Assembly: GCF_001194135.2 (NCBI RefSeq)
Contig: NC_068981.1
Location: 109,623,170-109,669,580 of the forward strand
Reading direction: 5' to 3'
Length of the DNA: 46,411 bases
From: Octopus bimaculoides
Taxonomy: Eukaryota
Positions 38,526 to 46,411 of this stretch are shown here, in pieces. The stretch's first letter is position 1; each line of letters starts with the position of its first letter. The notes below the pieces were generated by a model, which was not told where the DNA came from, did no database searches, and saw nothing but the letters and a program-made list of their open reading frames with translations. A program made the position numbers and the translations under genes.

Positions 38526-38699
38526 TAGTAATATAAACTAGAGTGCAATTTACAGGTAACTACCACAGTACAGTTTGTACTAACAGAACGTCCATGTTTA
38601 AGTGGAGATAAGCTCTTGGTATTAATAGTGCCTCTGTCGCTAATATTTATTTCTTGAAATACGTTCCACATCACCCTGAACAATTATGGATGAAATACA

Positions 38700-39650
38700 A
38701 CCATCATTTCAAGTATTTGAAACTGCCATGAATTGTATGAAAGCCCAACCCTCTCAAATCCAAATGACGACCTTTTTGAATTACTGAAACATGGGATTAC
38801 CTCTCAAAACCAGGTTTTTCATTCTGATCCTGAAAATATGGGAAGCTTGCTTGGTTTCAAATGAATTTAAAACTGCAACCATTATAACCATCTTCAAGAA
38901 AGGAGATTGAAAATCTTATGGGAATTATCCTGGAATAACATTGCTCTTCATTGTAGAGAAGGGTCTTCCTGAATCCCAATGAGGTTTTTGTGTATCATGG
39001 CTCAACTGACATGATATACAAGACAAAAGCAAAGAACCACAAAAACCATTCTTCTTGTCTATAATCTGGAAAAGGTTTTTGGCAGTGTATCAAGGAAAGC
39101 CAAATTTCCACTAGACAATTAAAATGTTGATATTGGTATTATTTTGATGGTAGACTATTTAACATAGCTAGATTTAGATCTTCACTTTGCTCTTTGTCCC
39201 ATACATCAGGAACTCCAGAAATCAGTCAACAACTTCACCCATGTGTATGTGCTTTGACCTCAGTAAATGTCAAGAAGACCAATCTCCCTGATTTCAACAT
39301 CACCATCTCTGAAATATCTTAGAAGTTTTTTTTCCAATAAATGTATTTTTGAAAGTGGAACACAGATTTGGATCAGTCTATTCAGCGTGTGGAAAACTGT
39401 CAAAATGAGTCTTTAAGAGCAAAGATCTTACCCCCATCCTAAACAGATAGTTTATCTCAACATTATCATTCAATTGTGAAACATGGACATATTGTGAGAA
39501 CATCAAAAGTCTGGAACATTTCTACTAACAGTGGCTTTGTGACGTTTTAAACATCAGATAGCAGACTACATAGCCAACAATGTTGTCTTTGAAAAAGACA
39601 ACAGTCAAAGCATAGAAACCACTATCATGAAACACCAATGATCAGGATAT
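38700..39650 (+). mobile_element. Very old RTE-like LINE RT remnant
   Basis: ATIITIFKKGD*KSYGNYPGITLL and an NLEKVFGSVSR (DLEKAFDSV-like) motif. Boundaries are approximate. Confidence 0.6.
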
Positions 39651-40291
39651 GTGGTGACAATAAAAAGAGTAAGATTTCTTCCTTAGATTTGCTTTGGTGA
39701 ATTAACCACTGCCAAAAGACCACAATGATATCTTTTCTGCTGTTACAAAGATCAGCTAAAGTCAGCTCTCAAAATTGCTTGATTGAGACATGGGAAATTA
39801 AAGTCCAGAGCTGTTCCATCTGGTGTCAGTCTATTACCACCGAAACTGACCTTTTTGAAGTAAGAAGAAAAACATTAGGAATGTAAAATACAGCAATAAT
39901 TACTATACTCTCCTTTAACTCTTCCTTGTCATTTTTATTTTGTTCAGTGTGAGGATTGGCCTTTTCAGTCTTCAGTGTCATTGCTATCAGCAGTGAGGGA
40001 CCATTTAAATTAGGAGTGAATTGAATTTCTCAGATGAGTAACTTTTAAACAATTTCTTACTTAACTTCGATTTTTTGGAGCAACTGACAGGTGAATTAAT
40101 ATGGCTGTTATAAATTCGTAAATAGGTTATGTCTAGCTACTCTGTACTTTGTTAAGTGCAGGGTTATGATGATTAATTTTAAAAAATTAAACTTTAAAAA
40201 GTTAGTAAAATGATTAATTTATTGAATTTCAAAATACATAAATTTGATTTTTTTGTTTTCTTATAAAAGTTCTTACAAAATCTTTTTCATG

Positions 40292-40510
40292 TTATCGTAA
40301 TACTTTTGTTACAAATTCACTAACTAATTTGTAAAAAGCTTGTTCTGGATTTGATGTAAAACCTGTTTGACTTGTGCTGCGTCCAATTGATAGACCAGTA
40401 GGAGAAGTATTGGAAACTGGCTGCTGCTGTTGAGGTTGACTTCCACATGGAGAGACTGGAGTTGTGCCTCCTTTACGAATATGCCGATGCATTGATTGCA
40501 AAAATGTATT
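40292..40510 (-). CDS. NUP188: NUP188 terminal coding exon (NTFLQSMHRHIRKGG...EQAFYKLVSEFVTKVLR*)
   Basis: Poly-T plus gcag acceptor on the - strand; 219 nt to TAA. Resembles the human NUP188 C-terminus as I recall it (STLLSSLSRYFRRG...LIQLVQAFVRHMQR). A - strand AATAAA lies at 40218-40223. Confidence 0.87.
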   Translation of the reverse strand, partial: NTFLQSMHRHIRKGGTTPVSPCGSQPQQQQPVSNTSPTGLSIGRSTSQTGFTSNPEQAFYKLVSEFVTKVLR

Positions 40511-40989
40511 CTGCAAAAAAAAAAAAGTTTACAATTTTTCAATCTTAACATTTCATGCTGTTTACTTAATCTTTTCTCTAGACAGTCTCATCAAAACAAA
40601 ACTGAATCATAGTTACAACAATTGCTACTTTGCACCTCAAACCATGTTGTCAAACACAGAGTGTCCTAAAGAATTGTACTTTACTCACACCATCCAAAGT
40701 GACAAGAAATTATTAGAGAATTGAGTGCAGATCAAACTGCCACAGATCATTCTGATGTAACTTCTACAAATCAATGTGAGTACAATTGAATTCCAGAAGA
40801 GAGGTTTTCCTCACTCCCATTTTCTTTTTATAGTAGAAAATAACACAACTATAGCAAGAAATCAACAAAAGTGTCTCTATTGAGCTACCCAATCCAAATA
40901 AAGCAAGTGCAGTTAGTCTTTATGAAAAACAGAATGCAATTTCATTTTGCTTATTAAATGGATGTTGTAACAAGAATTATTCCTCTGAG

Positions 40990-41910
40990 TTCCATTCACA
41001 AACATTATGTAGTGGTGACTTATCTACTATATTGTTGGTGATGTCCTATTGAAGGAAGCCATACTATTAATGTATGAGTTTGAAACAGGGACATAAAAGT
41101 TGCTAATTGGTACTATGAAGCTCACATCCATGTTGACTGAAGTGCATCTACTAAAGCTGTGAAATATCTATATTCAAACACACAATTCTACAATCTCATT
41201 GGAAAGAGAACAAGAATGAGTTTCTCTTGAGATCAGTGATGCAAATCAGTATGATAAGATCATTAAATATGAAAATTGCAGGGATCATCTGAATCAAATT
41301 GGAAACTTGAATTGCTTAATCAGTAGAAATGTCTTTAGATTCAATCATCACATAATCTTTATCTAAACGTAGAAAATGCTCAATCAATGAAACAAATGGC
41401 TTATTTTGATAAAAATGCAGAAGATCCAGAAGGGAGATACATCTTTTATTGCAATTTTATTTCTTACAATTCTTCATTCCTGCTCCCTGCCTTAGCCTCT
41501 AAATTTATACATGTATTGCACCAACCTTATTGATGATTTTCTAGAACACAGAAAAAAGCAAAACCAATGACCACTGAAAATGCAAGTGAAGCTGCCAATG
41601 ACATCCTGTGTGTACTGGACAACCAGTTGATTCAATATGAGCATTCAACATTTTAATTAATGTTTGCCAGCTGCAGGCCACCAGTAACAAAATGTGCCTG
41701 TTAACCCAGATGAACTAGATCCTTCAGCTGAAGTTTATTACGATGACCACAGAAATATGTTCAACAACAAACAGAAGATTGTTTTTGAGTCAATCAAAAG
41801 TAAAATTGACAACAATGAAGGTGGCCTGATGTCTGAATTGTGCTTGCTGTAGCTCCATCAGGTAATGCAGCTATGCTATTGAAGCTTGGATGGACTACCC
41901 ATTCAGATAA
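40990..41910 (+). mobile_element. Helitron Rep/PIF1-helicase remnant in the last NUP188 intron
   Basis: AHIHVD*SASTKAVKYL (compare AHINVE...SVKYL), FNNKQKIVFESIKSKIDNNEGGL and VLAVAPSGNAAMLLKLGWTTHS (compare LAVASSGIAATLL-x-GGRTAHS). Confidence 0.75.
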
Positions 41911-41926
41911 AATCTACATAAGCCAG

Positions 41927-41968
<42 letters not shown>

Positions 41969-42345
41969 TGAAGATGCAACTGGTCATGATGCTTAGCAAT
42001 TGATGTAGCACAAAGCAATAATAATACAATGGCATCTTGAAGTTTTGAACCTAGCACTTGAAGATGTACATACTGACTAGAAATAAAATACGTAAACACC
42101 CCAGCACCTTCTGTTAATTAGAATAGATTGCCTAACACCAGGTTACATAACAATAGCATTCACAGGTTCAGTTTATTTAAATTCTCTAAATAACCTGTAA
42201 ACTTGATTCAGTGATTTTCTGAAGTGTAGTATTTAGCATAGTAAAACAGTTCAACTGATAGCTTGACCAACAATGGATTTAATTATATTTCTGTAAAAAT
42301 GTTTAGAAAGTCAAAAATTATGAAATCATTTCCATTTTTACTTAC

Positions 42346-42475
42346 AAGGTCAGCTCCAAGCTCCCTTTTAAGAAGTTGTTTGTCTCTAGCAGAAAGAGTT
42401 GGCTCTTTTAGGTATCGACAAGCTTGGGACATAATCAACATTAAAGAATTTTCTAGAACAAACAGTACCAAATAT
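42346..42475 (-). CDS. NUP188: NUP188 exon (YLVLFVLENSLMLIMSQACRYLKEPTLSARDKQLLKRELGADL), phase 2/0
   Basis: ttttacag acceptor and gtaagt donor; 130 nt. Resembles the recalled NUP188 segment MENCFYLLISQAMRYLRDPAVHPRDKQRMKQELSSEL. Confidence 0.9.
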
Positions 42476-42859
42476 CTGTAAAACAAAACATACATTAATA
42501 TGTAATTAGTCATAGCTTTTGTACAGAGCTGTTAGGATAAAGAAATTTTGTGAGAACAAATAGTATAGGTACACAGGCTGAAATATGACTCTAAGAGATT
42601 GTTCCAATTTAGAAACAAAATTTTTTATCTGTTTTATTTTTCTAATATTGGATTCCTCATAAACTAGGAAAAGCTATAACAGGTTTAGTTCAAAACTTTC
42701 TTGGGTTAATTTTTAAAATATTTTAAATGATGTTCAACAAAAATCATGAGCCATGAAGAGAATTTTAATGAGTTTTATGCAGCCCATTCATAAAAATAGT
42801 CTTTTAAATAATATTATGCTGAAATTAAAAATATAGCTTTAAAAATAAATTGAATTTAA

Positions 42860-42967
42860 ACATGTAAATAAACATATAAATGTCCATACCACAATGTTCA
42901 TGCCTTTAAGACAAGCTAGTTGTTTGCAATCATATTCTGCTTAGTTCAGTCCTATTACCTGGTCCCT
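42860..42967. repeat. Direct repeat copy 1 (copy 2 at 44241-44343), flanking the 62-nt NUP188 exon
   Basis: acatgtaaat...aaatgtccataccac(a/g)atgttcatgccttta...gctagttgtttgcaa...ttacctggtccct is present twice, about 1.38 kb apart. Confidence 0.85.
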
Positions 42968-43101
42968 AGAAGGCTTAGCTGGTTCCTTCAGAGAAAAATG
43001 TATCTGAAACAACTGCCATGAACTTTCATTGATCAAATGAGATCTAACTCCATCAGTCGAGACCACAGGTACTTTGGATATTTTTACATGTAAGGATATA
43101 C

Positions 43102-43199
43102 CCAGATTAGGTATATGATAAATTGTAGTGAACAATGAAATAAATACCTGCAAGTATTGATTTCATTGTTCACTTTAACTTATCATGTACCTAATCTGG
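43102..43199. repeat. 98-nt hairpin (46-nt arms, 6-nt loop) in a NUP188 intron
   Basis: 41 of 46 positions are Watson-Crick complementary; the loop is ctgcaa. Confidence 0.9.
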
Positions 43200-43877
43200 A
43201 TGTATGCCAACAAGTAAAAATGGACATTTATAATAGATGAATTTGCATACCAGAAACACCCTTTCTACAAACTGGTGAAACTTAGCATGGTAAAGAAGGT
43301 CATGATTCTAGCTCATACTGCCTTTATGCAATTAACACCTGTGCTATTGTTATAAAGGAATACCAAGATACAGAAATCCATTCAATTCTTCTCTATGGCT
43401 GTGAGACTTTCTCTTTACAGAAGATCTCTATTGCCTCATGATATTTAATAACTAGCATCTTATACAATGTGTCATATACACAAAATACACTGTACATGAT
43501 CTCCAATAATGTATTTCTCTGGAGCAGCTATGATCTAGGCAAGAAGTTACTGTTTCCTTTTTGGTGGCCACAGTTAATGCCTCACACTTTGATTCACTTC
43601 CATATAAACTGTACTATTGCTATCATCCAGACTGTGAAAGGAAGTAGTATAGAGGAATGATAAACTGTGCGTTCTACACTTGTAACATTTCTCAGCCTAA
43701 ATTCTGCTGCTGGCAGTTTTTTTCATCCCCAGATGTTAATAAAAAAAGGGGGAGGATGATCTATATTGGAGTTGATTTAATTAACTATACTTCACTTAAA
43801 TACTTGCAGTTTTGTAAAAATATTAATCTCATGCAAATGAAATTACTGATGAATGTTTGTATATTGCAGTTACTTAC

Positions 43878-43939
43878 TTGGGTATATTGTGATTAATAAA
43901 ATCATTTCCTTTCTGTGGAGAAGAAGCTCTGGGATCAAT
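43878..43939 (-). CDS. NUP188: Probable NUP188 exon (IDPRASSPQKGNDFINHNIP-K), phase 0/2
   Basis: Pyrimidine tract plus aag acceptor and gtaagt donor; 62 nt. Supplies the phase-2 junction (AA|A = Lys) the next exon needs. Sequence is a poorly conserved linker. Confidence 0.7.
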
Positions 43940-45362
43940 CTTTTGACAAAGAGAAAAGCCAAAAATTTATGATTACTTTCTACCATATATATTCTCACAC
44001 ACACACACATAATAAAGTTTATGCCTTAGGGAAATAAGAATTCTGATATTTGGAGCAAAGCCTATTGTTTGGCAATATCAGATGTTTGAAAAATGTACTT
44101 AAGGAGAAAGAACTATGGTTAGAAAAGGTATTAATAAAGGAGTGATTTACAAAAGTAGTGTGTGTAATGGCTGGTAGGATGGGCAGTGATATGAATAGGA
44201 ATATAGCAATGAAGTGCAGGTATAAAATACAGTAGTTTAGACATGTAAATAAAATATATAAATGTCCATACCACGATGTTCATGCCTTTAGCTAGTTGTT
44301 TGCAACCAGATTCCGATTAGTTCAATCTTATTACCTGGTCCCTTGAACTAGTGTCTGCTTCCACAGCCTCAGTTTGATTTATGCTTTTTAAGTGAAATTT
44401 GGTACTCTGAAGCCCCTAGGTATGTATGTGTCTCCCTTCCATACTTTTTTTCTCCAACAATGCCAACTCTTACTCTACCCTTTCACAACTCTAAATTTGT
44501 TCCTCTCATTATTTGTCTAGAATCATTGTAGTCTCTCTCTTCATTTCTCCATCACTTAGAAGGGCCATAGACATTGCAAGTTGACCTTACTAGTACTGAC
44601 CTCACAAATGACTGACCAGTACATACTATAAAGTGATTGGTGGCAGGAATGGTCTCCAGCTGTAGAAACCATGCCAAAGCAGATATTGAGATACTGATCC
44701 ATGCCAGGATGGAAGTCAGATATATAATGATGATGATGATGACATAGACACCCGAGCCTATCTCTCAATCACAGTTTAGCCTCTCAGCACCTGACATAAA
44801 ACCACCTCCCTGTTTCACATACTCTCCACCCCACTTAAGTAAAAGAGCTTTTTCCTGTTCTTTTCATTTCTTGCAAGCTAATACCAGTGGCACAAAAAAA
44901 AAAAAGCACTAAGTACACTCTATAAAGTAGTTGGTGTTAGGAAGGACGTCAAAACATACAAACCATGCCAAAGTTGACATTGGAGCTCAGCATGGCCCTG
45001 CGGCTCATTAGATCCTGAACAAGATGTCCAACCCATACACGCATAGAAAATGTTAAATGCTGCTGATGTGTGCGTTGCATGCCTATTGCCCCCAATGTGT
45101 AGCTGTATGTGTGCATCACTAAAACTCCAGAACTACACAACCAATTTCATTCAAATTATACACATGCCTTACTTAGGGTCCATGTAGTGTCATGGGCCAA
45201 AAAAATTTTCCAGCTTCTGGCCTAACGCAAGCCTGGAGCAATCTCTTATCTCTTACACTATTTCAGTATTATGTGTCAAAAGTGAAACAATAACATCTCT
45301 ATTTATATATACTAGCAGAGATACCCAGCCTTGCTCGGGATTAAAACGGCATAGTTTTTTAG

Positions 45363-45616
45363 TTTTACTTGTTTCAGTCATGTGACTGCGGCCATGTTGG
45401 AGCACCGCCTTCTAATTATTCTATCAGTGCCCTTTTGCCAAACCGCTAAGTTATAGGTATGTAGACACACCAACATCGGATGTGAAGCAATGGTGTAGTT
45501 ACAAACACACACACACACGTGCACACACACACTAATACACACATATATATGACAGTGTTCTTTCAGTTTCCATGTACGAAATCCAGTCACAAGGCTTTGG
45601 TGGGCCAGAGGCTATA
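45363..45616 (-). mobile_element. SINE family A copy, 5'-truncated
   Basis: ttttacttgtttcagtca...(CA)n...cacaaggctttggtgggccagaggctata. Confidence 0.8.
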
Positions 45617-46411
45617 ATGCATATATATATATATATATATATAAATATATCAAGCATAAATTGAAAACAGAACACAAAGGATATCGCAGTACACGTGTTT
45701 CAAGCTTTATAAACAATCTGTCATTACATCAGTATAGGTATATTGTTGATATAAAAGATGGTTTAAAGATATCTTCAGTCGCAAACATTGCTAGTCCCAA
45801 AGATTACATCACAAAAGAAAAAGTACACTTAGTATTACCCATTATAATAGGTTTATCACATCCCTTTAAAAAGGTATATCTGCATAAAGGTTCGTTGGAT
45901 TTCAAAAATCTGCCTGTACTGTACCACAATTCAGCATAGAGTGAATGTTAAATAGATTGGATTGAGTTTATATTTAACTAGCATGTATAATATAGGAGAA
46001 GATGAAAGGTATAAAGTAAAAAAATATAAAAGTAATAGAAGTCAAACTGAGAGTAATAAAAGTAAAAATAAGGATAATAAAGTTTGATACATATTCAATC
46101 AAGATTTAGCAAAATTGGAATAAAGTAACAAAAGAAATAAAACCATAAAGTAGAATAAGAGATAAAGAGATAAAATACTATAGAGTTGAGGACAGGATGC
46201 TGTCTTGGATGGGATTGTAGTGGTCATAAATAATTTCTTAGCTAGACCACGCGTTGAAATATAGATTAAGATTGTAATTTGATAACATTGTGATGAGTGG
46301 TCAGTTTACCCAAACACACCACTAAAAATTCCTAGCTTTATAAACTTATCTATTACATGGGTACATACACTTACTTAGAAGTCATAGTATATGTATATGT
46401 GTGTATAGACA

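Noticed and set aside
45661-45939. 92-aa ORF as a gene or a further NUP188 exon
   Set aside because: It is on the wrong strand for NUP188, the minus-strand frames show no NUP188 similarity, and no motif was recognised.

Overview
AT-rich, intron-rich animal genomic DNA with two assembly gaps (18355-18773, 19306-20173). The SINE and RTE repeat families look like those of octopus genomes; this is inferred from recognition, not from a search. The window holds two convergent genes. On the + strand, 14 coding exons (3840-35849) of a GPR107/GPR108-family (lung seven-transmembrane receptor) gene splice into one open frame of 570 codons plus stop; the signal-peptide exon was not found and probably lies upstream. 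On the - strand are the last three coding exons of NUP188 (43939-40292). The introns carry two mariner copies, a Tc1 element, TTAA (piggyBac-type) MITEs, a probable Chapaev3-type transposase remnant, a Penelope-like element, RTE and CR1-like LINE remnants, a Helitron remnant and three SINE families. The strongest unexplained signal is a tandem pair of 124-nt hairpins (38100-38223, 38402-38525) between the two stop codons. Their 31-bp stems show compensatory and G-U-preserving substitutions, which points to a + strand structured RNA I cannot assign to a known family. Also notable are a young ORF1-only retroposed insertion with a 16-bp TSD, a roughly 550-bp near-perfect inverted repeat, and two further intronic hairpins.
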